Made by a program: the position numbers and the translations under genes. This document shows, one piece after another, positions 16,852 to 25,284 of a stretch of DNA of 29,745 bases. Within the stretch, counting starts at the first letter, position 1, and every line of letters begins with the position of its first letter. The notes beneath the pieces were generated by a model. That model ran no database searches, was not told the origin of the DNA, and saw only the letters and a list, made by a program, of their open reading frames with translations. The stretch comes from Oligoflexia bacterium (GTDB lineage: Bacteria > Bdellovibrionota > UBA1018): positions 1-29,745 of the forward strand of contig JAYTHP010000154.1 in assembly GCA_043732485.1 (NCBI GenBank), given 5' to 3'.

Positions 16852-18972
16852 ATGACCGCGAAAATACCCCCTAAAATCAAACTCAAGAGCACCGCGCCCT
16901 TCCCTAGCCTAAACCCTACCAGTCATTTTTCCCAACGTCTTTCCCAAAACCAGAACAGCCTTGCGGGACAAATCTCGCTGCTGATTGGCATGCTGATTTC
17001 CACCTTTTTGTTCTTTTTCGCGTTCGTCATCCACACCGGCGTGCTGGTGAATGCCAAGATTAACTTACAAAACGCCGCCGACCTGGCCGCTTACGCCGGA
17101 GCAGCCGTGCAAGCACGCCAACTCAATCAAATTTCCTTCCTCAACTACGAAATGAGGCGACAGTTCAAAAAGTTCCTCTTTCGCATTCACGTGCTAGGCC
17201 AGATGGGCTACCCACAGTTTCCCACCAGTGGGGGCGATCCCGGCCCAATGGTGGGGCCCGCCTTTAACAATGGCACCCCCAGGCGAGATCCCGTTACCTG
17301 CGTGATTTTTAACCCCAATGAAAACTACTGTCAGGTCGCAGCCAACGCAGGCGCTCTCCCGTCGATTAACCTGCCCCCGGTGGTGGGTGGTGGCTTTGAT
17401 CCCATCTCCTCTTCGCTCAACGAACAATTAAGGAACTTAGAAGCGATTCGCCAAGGAGGTTGTGTGGCCATCGGGCAAACCAACCTACTGCTCAATTTCG
17501 CATGGCTCTACAACGCCGACCCTAATCTCACGCAGTTTCCCAACTCAGGCAACCTCACGTCTGATCAAATTCAGACGTTCAGCATTTTAAAGCCGATGAT
17601 CGAGGGCTTAGGAATTGTGCCCCAAGAAATCTTACTCAAATACCGAATTCAAACCCTCGTTAATTACGTCAATACCTCGCCGCAAACCGGACTCACCCTG
17701 GCCCGTGCCTCGCAGCTCATGCAAGAAAAAGACGCCGCGGGCTTGGAGCGAGCGGCCCAAGCTTTTTACTCAGCCTATTACACCTTAGGCAACCACACTT
17801 TTAACGACCCAACCGCGATTCTTATGGACGAATTACTGCCTGCCTCAAGCTCACAGGCTAACCTACTGAAGCTGCAAGAGCTCAAACAAAGCTTTGAGAC
17901 CTATGCGCTCGATTTGCAAATCGGCGCCAACAATGTCATCTCCACCTCGCAACAAGCCTGCACAGCCTCGCGTGTGACCTTAGGCACCGGTCCCTTCACG
18001 GTGGGATTTTCTAAAGATCCCTCCTCCCTCACTTACTATGCCGTCCGTTTGAGAGCCAAAGCCCACTTACTGTTTTCTCCGCTAGGCGATATCACCCTGC
18101 AAGCCTACTCCGCTGCCATGCCGTTTGGCAGTCGCATCGGCCCTAAAGACAACACCACCGTGGCGAGCTTCGGTTATCCGGTAGACGGCGCGGGGAACAG
18201 CAATTTGTTTCCAAGCCTCGGCATGGCCATCGGCGAAGCGCCCAGCGCCGACTCCAGCTGGCAACTCAAGACCGTCATTTATGAGCTGTTTCAAGCCCTG
18301 CAAGTCGGACCCCCCACCGGCTCAGGCTTCGTCAACGTCACCGCCGATGGCCTAAAGGCGGGCTATCTTGCCGCCATGCGCCCTAATCCCAACGAAGCAG
18401 GCTATTACAACATCCTGAGCGATGACGGGCTGCAAGATCCCTTTATCCGCAACTTTGGGAGCGATCGTTTTGCGGCACTTTGGGCTCCGCTTGCCACCGA
18501 CCTGCAACTCCCCCAGATTGCTCAAAGCATCAAGCAAGAGGTCAACGACATTTTCCTCAGCCCTAGTCAAACGCAACATTTGAGCGCCGACGGCTCAGGC
18601 TCAACCCGAATCCGTGATGAATTATTGGCCAACCTCATGAGCTATATCGAGCAAAACCTGCGCGCCAATCAAGGCGTCGACTCCGAGGGAATCAACGTGG
18701 CTAGACTCAAAGACCCCTTCGTCAACCCTGCGCCCACCGGTGACTTGGCTCAATACTTTGCTCCTGACGCCTTCAGCACCCGCACCTCCTGGAACGTCAA
18801 CGATGAGAAATTTGGCCCGGTCCGTCGCAACGGTTACAGCGTAAAATTTGTATCTTTCAAGTACTTAAAGCAAGGCTTTGCCGCCGACGCTGCCAGTACT
18901 TTTAACAATTTTAACGATCTGCTGCAATCGGACGACCAGCTCAAGGCTGACTTACTCCAACTGCAGCATTGA
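16852..18972 (+). CDS. TadG-like Flp/Tad pilus-associated protein (N-terminal Tad pseudopilin domain)
   Basis: GQ + hydrophobic helix (GQISLLIGMLISTFLFFFAFVIHTG) then KINLQNAADLAAYAGA, the Tad-domain signature, followed by a long unannotated extracytoplasmic region. Confidence 0.82.
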   Translation: MTAKIPPKIKLKSTAPFPSLNPTSHFSQRLSQNQNSLAGQISLLIGMLISTFLFFFAFVIHTGVLVNAKINLQNAADLAAYAGAAVQARQLNQISFLNYEMRRQFKKFLFRIHVLGQMGYPQFPTSGGDPGPMVGPAFNNGTPRRDPVTCVIFNPNENYCQVAANAGALPSINLPPVVGGGFDPISSSLNEQLRNLEAIRQGGCVAIGQTNLLLNFAWLYNADPNLTQFPNSGNLTSDQIQTFSILKPMIEGLGIVPQEILLKYRIQTLVNYVNTSPQTGLTLARASQLMQEKDAAGLERAAQAFYSAYYTLGNHTFNDPTAILMDELLPASSSQANLLKLQELKQSFETYALDLQIGANNVISTSQQACTASRVTLGTGPFTVGFSKDPSSLTYYAVRLRAKAHLLFSPLGDITLQAYSAAMPFGSRIGPKDNTTVASFGYPVDGAGNSNLFPSLGMAIGEAPSADSSWQLKTVIYELFQALQVGPPTGSGFVNVTADGLKAGYLAAMRPNPNEAGYYNILSDDGLQDPFIRNFGSDRFAALWAPLATDLQLPQIAQSIKQEVNDIFLSPSQTQHLSADGSGSTRIRDELLANLMSYIEQNLRANQGVDSEGINVARLKDPFVNPAPTGDLAQYFAPDAFSTRTSWNVNDEKFGPVRRNGYSVKFVSFKYLKQGFAADAASTFNNFNDLLQSDDQLKADLLQLQH

Positions 18973-18992
18973 AGGCCAAAGCGGGGCAAGAA

Positions 18993-19039
18993 TTGCGATG
19001 CGTGGGCCTCGGCTTGAACGCGCGGCCCACGCATCGCAA
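18993..19039. repeat. Perfect 16-bp inverted repeat (stem-loop) just after the TadG-like stop
   Basis: TTGCGATGCGTGGGCC (18993-19008) / GGCCCACGCATCGCAA (19024-19039), 15-nt loop, no U-tract. Confidence 0.9.
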
Positions 19040-19391
19040 CGACCGTCTCATGGACTGCACACCCGCCGAGCTCTCCGCTCAACCTACCGCTCAATCGAAC
19101 CTCGCTCCCCACATCAGACCCCACAAATCAAGACTTTCGGTGAATTATCTATTGCAAAGAGCAAGCAGATTCGGCTATTTTCAGGGGAGAATATTTTTTT
19201 AACAAAAAATAAGGCATCCGAAGTTGATATCAATCCATAAGCTGAACTCATGAGAAATCCCGAAAAGCAAGCTCTTTGAAAGGAAACAATCAAAGTCTTT
19301 TTTTTTGTTGTTTTGCTCGTTCTGATGCCAGTCCCTCAGTTTCAGTTTATTTTCAGTCCTAAAAAAGACCCATGATGGAGGTTCGTTAATT

Positions 19392-19952
19392 ATGGCAAAA
19401 GCCATTGCAGCAAAAAATAAGAAGCCCGTGAAATCTAGCCCTACTGCCCACAAGAAGCCTGGACCTAAGAAAGCTCCTGCTAAAAAAGCGTTTGCCAAGG
19501 GCAAAGCTCAGCCAGCGAAAAAAGCAGTCAGCAAGAAAGTGGCACTTAAAAAGGCCCCCCTGAGCGCTGCTAAGAAGCCTGCCAAAAAGAAAATGGCAAA
19601 ACCGATGGCAAAAAAACCGGCTAAAAAGCCTGCGAAACAACCTGCCAAAAAGCCAGGCCCGAAAGCAGCAGCTGGCAAAAAAGCCGCTCCTGCCAAAAAG
19701 AGCATGGTCGGTCGTGGCAAGCCAGGCCCAAAGCCAGGCGCACGTAAGGCGCCAGGGAAGAAGCCTGGTCCGAAGCCAGGTGCAATAGCGAAACGCTTCG
19801 CCGCGCAACCCCAAGCAGCCTTGGCCCCTAGCACCGGCAGCTCGAAAATGAGTTCCGCGCTCTCAGGTTTCGCTGGCGGTTTAGCCGCAGGAGCGATCAC
19901 CTCGCCGTTTAGTTCCGGTTTTGCCCGCAAAACCGACCGCTCAGAAGAGTAA
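19392..19952 (+). CDS. Histone H1-like Lys/Ala/Pro-rich basic protein
   Basis: GGAGGT RBS upstream of the ATG; repeated KKPA/AKKP/KPGPK motifs; no acidic residues until the C-terminal tail. Confidence 0.8.
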   Translation: MAKAIAAKNKKPVKSSPTAHKKPGPKKAPAKKAFAKGKAQPAKKAVSKKVALKKAPLSAAKKPAKKKMAKPMAKKPAKKPAKQPAKKPGPKAAAGKKAAPAKKSMVGRGKPGPKPGARKAPGKKPGPKPGAIAKRFAAQPQAALAPSTGSSKMSSALSGFAGGLAAGAITSPFSSGFARKTDRSEE

Positions 19953-19986
19953 AAGTCGCGTCAATCTAGAGGAAGAGAGAGAGTCC

Positions 19987-20142
19987 AGGGAGTGCGAGCG
20001 CAATGCCTTGTTCTAATCTGTCTCCTTCAAACAGTGCCCTTCAAAGAGTGCAATGAAAGGATCCCTTGCTACGCCTTGGTTACACCCTGAGTACAGCGGA
20101 AAAACTTCATTGCGCTCTTTCTTGGCATTCGTTGGCACCTCT
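19987..20142 (+). ncRNA. Candidate structured RNA element (unassigned)
   Basis: Outer stem 19987-20007 / 20124-20142 and inner 15-bp stem 20043-20057 / 20106-20120. G-U pairs favour the + strand. Confidence 0.35.
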
Positions 20143-20178
20143 GTCCCAACCCCTCCCCACCCAGACTAAGACTGGCTC

Positions 20179-21561
20179 ATGAAGATTCTTGACGTCATTC
20201 ACAAGTCGATCACTCTTGAGCCCCACGAACGGCCGGTATTAGCTTCACCCTTGTTTCAGCGGCTGCGCTGGGTCAAGCAAATGGGCTTTGCCGAGCTTGC
20301 CTTCCCAGGCGCCACCCATAATCGTCTGATCCACAGTATTGGCAGTTGCCATCTCGCAGGCCAAGCCTTTGAGGTGATCTTTGGAGCTGCTTTTGGCGCC
20401 TCCGACACAACGCAAGCTCTCCCCTTTGATCGCCAGAAAAAAACATCCTTCCGTGCTTTGCTGAGAATGGCAGCCCTTTTGCATGATATTGGTCACGGCC
20501 CGCTCTCGCACGCCTCAGAAACGGGGATGCCTGCGCTTGCCACGCTGCAGCTACCCGCTTGGGTCCCTGGCGCAAGCGATCCAGTGACGCAAGCCACCCA
20601 CGAAGATTACACCCTAAAGATCCTCTTAGATTCTAGCCTCACCCCGCTGATTGATCACGCCGGACGAGCCTTTGGCTTTAGCGCCCACCACGTGGCCTGC
20701 CTACTCAACCCGCAACTTCCCAGCCAGCGCAAGGAGGGGGAGGCGGGAATGGGAAGTGAGGATTTTTTTCAAAGCGGGGGAGTTTCTTTTCGGCCACTGC
20801 TGCAGCAAATCATCTCAAGCGAGCTGGACGCCGATCGCATGGATTACTTAAGGCGCGATAGTTTTCATACCGGCGTGAGTTACGGCCAATTTGACCTTCC
20901 CTGGCTCTTAAGCCATCTCACGTTTTATATCACAGGCCAGCACTGTTACTTAGCACTCCAAGACCGGGCGCTTTATGCCTTTGAAGACTTCTTGCTCTCG
21001 CGCTTCCATATGTTCTTGATGGTCTACTTTCATCACACCAGCGTGATCTATGACGAGATGCTGATGCAGTATTTTCGCCAGCCACAGTGCAGCTATCAGT
21101 GGCCAAGCGACATTGAAGCCTATTGCTTGCACACCGATGCTCACCTCTTACAGCACCTGCATCAAGACCCCCAGCCCTGGGCGCAACGCATCGCCCAGCA
21201 GCAACCCTACCCCTTACTGCTCGAACAGCACAGCGCGATCGAAGAAAACGCGCAGCAGGCACTCCCCCCTCCAAGCCCCACACACGCCGCTCACCCGCCG
21301 TCTGTGGGGGAGCGCCTGCTGCAGCAACTGCGCGAGCAAGGGATCCCCGCGCTTTCCGTCACGTCGACAAGCGAGTTGTCGAAGTACTTTAAAACCGCAG
21401 CTGACCCTATTTTCTTAAAAGTCGACAACCTCTTGCAGCCGCCCTCGTTTTTACCCCTCAACCAGTGCACGGACCTTTTTAAGAAATACGAGCAAAACCG
21501 CCAGATCCAAAGGATCTACGGCGCCAAGGCTTTACCCAGCGCCACTCACCAAAAACTCTAG
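20179..21561 (+). CDS. HD-domain phosphohydrolase (YdhJ/SAMHD1-like, putative dNTPase)
   Basis: FQRLRWVKQMG..FPGATHNRLIHSIG, LLHDIGHGPLSH, HE, ELDADRMDYLRRDS, VYFH. Confidence 0.92.
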   Translation: MKILDVIHKSITLEPHERPVLASPLFQRLRWVKQMGFAELAFPGATHNRLIHSIGSCHLAGQAFEVIFGAAFGASDTTQALPFDRQKKTSFRALLRMAALLHDIGHGPLSHASETGMPALATLQLPAWVPGASDPVTQATHEDYTLKILLDSSLTPLIDHAGRAFGFSAHHVACLLNPQLPSQRKEGEAGMGSEDFFQSGGVSFRPLLQQIISSELDADRMDYLRRDSFHTGVSYGQFDLPWLLSHLTFYITGQHCYLALQDRALYAFEDFLLSRFHMFLMVYFHHTSVIYDEMLMQYFRQPQCSYQWPSDIEAYCLHTDAHLLQHLHQDPQPWAQRIAQQQPYPLLLEQHSAIEENAQQALPPPSPTHAAHPPSVGERLLQQLREQGIPALSVTSTSELSKYFKTAADPIFLKVDNLLQPPSFLPLNQCTDLFKKYEQNRQIQRIYGAKALPSATHQKL

Positions 21562-21562
21562 C

Positions 21563-22225
21563 TCACTTCCATTTCACGCTGCAACCCATGGCAGGCACCT
21601 GAGGGCGGCCTAAGGGTCTAGCCGCTAATAGATCTTCCATCGCCCACTCTAGATCTTTTTGTTGCACCTTCTGGGGATCTTGCCAACAATCATCCAGCCG
21701 CCCTTGGTAGAACTGCCGCCACTCCACCGCAGCCGTATCGTCTTGCGGCGCAAGCGTTGATGACTCTTTTTGAAAGAGAAAGAATTCCGGCGTACAAGCC
21801 GCACCATAGGCACGTGCCACCGCCTGCGACTCGTCCCAGAGATAAGGGAAACTATACCCTTGGCTGTGAGCCCGCTCCTTCATGGCCGCAAAACTATCTT
21901 CAGGAAACCTCTGACTGTCGTTGGAGTTGATCGCCACCCAAGCGACCCCTTGCGCAGCCACTTTTGCGGCAAGCTGCACCATACGCTCCTGAATGGCCAC
22001 CACATACGGGCAATGATTGCAAATGAAAGCCACCACCAGCGCACGGGAGAATGAAGTGGCGGAGGGGGCGGAGGAAGGCGTGGAGAAAAAGGACGGGGAG
22101 AACGTAAAATCCTGCAATTGCCACGTCCGGCCATCGACCCCGGGTAAGGAAAAAGGTGGTGCCAAACGACCCTGCTCTGCAGGCTGAGAAAAAGTAGGAG
22201 CCATACCGCTAGAAGCTTGCCTCAA
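21563..22225 (-). CDS. Thioredoxin-fold AhpC/TSA (peroxiredoxin-like) protein
   Basis: APPFSLPGVDG, FICNHCPYV, AINSND, FPYLWDESQAVARAYGAACTPEFFLF, GRLDD, GCSVKWK. Start may be ATG 22204. Confidence 0.92.
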   Translation of the reverse strand: MRQASSGMAPTFSQPAEQGRLAPPFSLPGVDGRTWQLQDFTFSPSFFSTPSSAPSATSFSRALVVAFICNHCPYVVAIQERMVQLAAKVAAQGVAWVAINSNDSQRFPEDSFAAMKERAHSQGYSFPYLWDESQAVARAYGAACTPEFFLFQKESSTLAPQDDTAAVEWRQFYQGRLDDCWQDPQKVQQKDLEWAMEDLLAARPLGRPQVPAMGCSVKWK

Positions 22226-22862
22226 GGAGCGACCACACGCAAGCCCGAAGCACCCAAAAGAAGCGACTTTTCGTCGCTCTGCTCAACGCACGGCATCCCC
22301 CCCTTATCAGGAGCCGCACTTGCCCAACCGCAAACACGCTCCCAGAGAGAGAGACAAAGAGCTAAGCAGTTGCGCGGGTCATGAAGCCCCAAACGCCTGG
22401 AGGCTTGGAGACATCTGAGCGCGGCTCCTGGCAAAGAAGTAATCGCCGCGTCACTTTTTTTTTGCAGCCAAGACTCTAATCCCCACCCAATCACTTGTTT
22501 TAAAACAACATTTTACTGGTTTCCCCTTCAAAAAAATCCTTTGCCGGATCGCCCGCTCTTTTGGTCGACACTTCCGGGCTGCAAAATACTCTTGAGCAAT
22601 TTTTGGTGGCTATGTTAGTATTTTTCTGAGAATACCTTCCTCAGCTTGCGCTTAACAAAAAACTCTTGCGTGAGCTCCCTCGCGACGCAGCCCCGGCAGG
22701 AGAAGGAAGCCTCGAACAACAAAAAACAGCCCCAACAAAAAACAGCGGCCCCCCCCCTAACGTCATGACTCTACTCCGCCTTCATCAACCCCTCCAACCC
22801 TCCCTTCACTCGCCCTGCTCAGCCGCATTGTTTTTTTTGATCACCCCTGATGGAGCCCCACG

Positions 22863-23540
22863 TTGCAAAAAATCTCACCCCCTAAAAAGCCCCTCTTCTC
22901 AACACCTCCCTCCCCCTGGAAACCCTCTCGCTTGCTCCCCACCCTCGTCGCTTTTGGCGGATTGCTGGGCGGAGTTTTTAGTGCGTTGCTCTCCTCCCCG
23001 CCTCTAGCTTACGCACTGCCCCCAACTTTTCAAGAAGTGGCAGCGCGATTACAGGACTGCTGCGAGGCCTGCTGGTTGTCGCCACCTGACTCTCGCTGCC
23101 CGCTGCGCTGTTGCACGCCTGCGATCTTGAGCATCTCAGCAACGGGGCTGTCGATGGGGATAGCCACTTTTTTGGGAACTCAAACAGTTCCCACCCTGGT
23201 GATGGTGAGTTTTGGTTTAACTACAGGCTCTACTTCGATGATCTGCTGTGGGATTGCCTTTGAGGATCTCGAAGCAATCCGCTACCAGTCGAGGCGCAGA
23301 CGGATCCGCAGGCTTTACGCACTCACCCATCAGCCCTATCACGCCCCCTTTTCCTTGACAGCGCTCGACTTGCCAGCCCGCCAAAGACTCGAGCAAGCCC
23401 TACGAGCCGGGATTAGCCCCGAGCAAGCAGAGCAGTTAGGGCCACTTCAGGCGCTTTACGTGCTCCAGCCTGACGACGACGACGAGGGCCAGCCGTCTTG
23501 CCTGGCCGCACCCCTGCCGCACCCCCCGCCCACGCCTTAA
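22863..23540 (+). CDS. Hypothetical exported/membrane protein, Cys-rich
   Basis: Basic N-terminus, hydrophobic stretch ending PLAYA, three CC pairs, two hydrophobic segments, then RRRRIRR. Ends 3 nt from the convergent photolyase stop. Confidence 0.55.
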   Translation: MQKISPPKKPLFSTPPSPWKPSRLLPTLVAFGGLLGGVFSALLSSPPLAYALPPTFQEVAARLQDCCEACWLSPPDSRCPLRCCTPAILSISATGLSMGIATFLGTQTVPTLVMVSFGLTTGSTSMICCGIAFEDLEAIRYQSRRRRIRRLYALTHQPYHAPFSLTALDLPARQRLEQALRAGISPEQAEQLGPLQALYVLQPDDDDEGQPSCLAAPLPHPPPTP

Positions 23541-23543
23541 GAC

Positions 23544-25094
23544 CTAGCGCTTAAACAGCGCCAAGGCTTTGACTTTTTGTTCCGCATGATTCACCACGGG
23601 GGACGGATACGCTTTCACCTGCTGCCGCAAAAACTCGGGGTCATAGATTTGTTTAGTACTTAAGCCCCGCAGCTCCGGCACAAAGTGGCGCACGTAATGG
23701 CCGTCTGGATCAAAACGCAAACCCTGCAAGGTAGGGTTAAAAATCCGAAAATAAGGCTGGGCATCACACCCCGTGCTTGCGGCCCATTGCCACCCCCCGT
23801 TATTGGCCGCGAGATCACCGTCTAAGAGTTTTTCCATGAAATAACGCTCACCCCAGCGCCAATCAATCAATAAATCCTTCGTCAAAAACGAGGCGACGAT
23901 CATTCGCACCCGGTTATGCATCCAACCGGTCGTGAGCAACTGCCGCATGCCGGCGTCCACCACCGGATAGCCCGTTTGTCCGGCTTTCCAGGCTTGAAAC
24001 CAATCCTCACGATTTTCCCACTTAAGATCCTTATAATGCACCTGAAAAGCTTCGTGCTCCACCCTGGGTGCTTGCCATAACAGGTGGTAATAAAACTCCC
24101 GCCAAGCCAGCTCTTTCACGAACGTCGTGCGCCCATTTTTTGCGGCAAGCGGTTCTTGCTCTAGGCCTAAAAACGCTAAGACTTGGGAGCTGCTTAAAGA
24201 GCCATTTTTTAGATAAATACTCAAGCGCGAGGTGCCTTCCACTGCCGGCAGATCGCGCTGTTCTTGATACTGATCAAGCTTAGGCTTAAAGTTCCGCAAA
24301 GTGGCTAAAGCCGCAAGCGACCCCGCTTCCGGTAACGGCACCTCACAACGCTCCTGCGCGGCCAGCCAAAAGCGCTCCAAGTGATCCAGCGGCAGGTGAT
24401 CACCTAAAAGCGCAGGCCAAGAGCTCAATAAAAAGCGGGCCTGCGTGGGGTTGGAGGAGGGAGTCGCGGTGGCGGCTCGTAAGTAAGCAAGCCCCTCTTG
24501 CTCTGCCTGCAGCCGCGCTTGAATGCGGGGAGTGGCGGCTTGTACAAACCATTGCCGCGCAAAGGGCGAATACACCGTATAATCACCGCCCGTTGGCTTT
24601 TGCACTTCGCCTGGCTCAAGCAAGAGATGATCCGCTTCGGTGTGCACCACCAAGCCCACTTGCTGCTGCAAAAACTGGCTGATCTCAGCATCGCGCGCCC
24701 GGGCAAAGGGCTCATAATCGCGGTTCCAGCTCACGGTGGCAGGCAAAGCGACTTTCGCTTGACTGAAGGCTGCAAAAAGCGCCTCAAAGGAAGCCTGCGG
24801 TCCCTGATCCAGCACCAGTAAATCGCCCCCTGCGGCTTGTAACTCAGCTTTCAGGGCGCGCAAGGTCTTTAAAAAAAAGGCAAAGCGGTTGTGGGAAAAG
24901 TCAGCGCGCGACAAAAACTGCTGATCAAAGCAAAAAAACCCTAACACCCGCCCTTGGTGTTGCTTCCAACTCCAGCGCAGGCTCGGGTTGCCTGCCACCC
25001 GCAAGTCTCGCCGAAACCAATGCAGGCCCCAACTGCTACTCCGGCTACTCTTACTCCTGCTACTCAACTCTTTTGCGTGGCTTTGTTCCGTCAT
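23544..25094 (-). CDS. phrB: Deoxyribodipyrimidine photolyase (class I CPD)
   Basis: HWFRRDLRV..NP, TSRLSIYL, ELAWREFY, GQTGYPVVDAGMRQL..GWMHNRVRMIVASFL, NNGGWQW, PYFRIFNP, FDPDG. Confidence 0.95.
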   Translation of the reverse strand: MTEQSHAKELSSRSKSSRSSSWGLHWFRRDLRVAGNPSLRWSWKQHQGRVLGFFCFDQQFLSRADFSHNRFAFFLKTLRALKAELQAAGGDLLVLDQGPQASFEALFAAFSQAKVALPATVSWNRDYEPFARARDAEISQFLQQQVGLVVHTEADHLLLEPGEVQKPTGGDYTVYSPFARQWFVQAATPRIQARLQAEQEGLAYLRAATATPSSNPTQARFLLSSWPALLGDHLPLDHLERFWLAAQERCEVPLPEAGSLAALATLRNFKPKLDQYQEQRDLPAVEGTSRLSIYLKNGSLSSSQVLAFLGLEQEPLAAKNGRTTFVKELAWREFYYHLLWQAPRVEHEAFQVHYKDLKWENREDWFQAWKAGQTGYPVVDAGMRQLLTTGWMHNRVRMIVASFLTKDLLIDWRWGERYFMEKLLDGDLAANNGGWQWAASTGCDAQPYFRIFNPTLQGLRFDPDGHYVRHFVPELRGLSTKQIYDPEFLRQQVKAYPSPVVNHAEQKVKALALFKR

Positions 25095-25284
25095 GGTGGC
25101 TCGATCTTAGCGAAAAAAGCGCTCATAAGCGAGCTTAAGATGCGCCAGCCGCTGAACGAACCAACCCTCCCGCTGGCCGCCGCCTGCGAGCGCCCCTCCT
25201 CATACTCCTCCGTTCAGCGTCAGAAAACCGCTCTCCCCCGCATTTTGCTTGAGTCTTAGGCGCGTTGTGCCAAAATAAGGCTTC

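Noticed and set aside
19386..19930. Two minus-strand ORFs rich in F/L/A/G
   Set aside because: Antisense shadows of the Lys-rich gene, which has the RBS.
20179..21561. HD protein as an anti-phage dNTPase defence system
   Set aside because: Housekeeping-type context with no neighbouring defence genes. It cannot be distinguished from the ordinary YdhJ-like family by eye.
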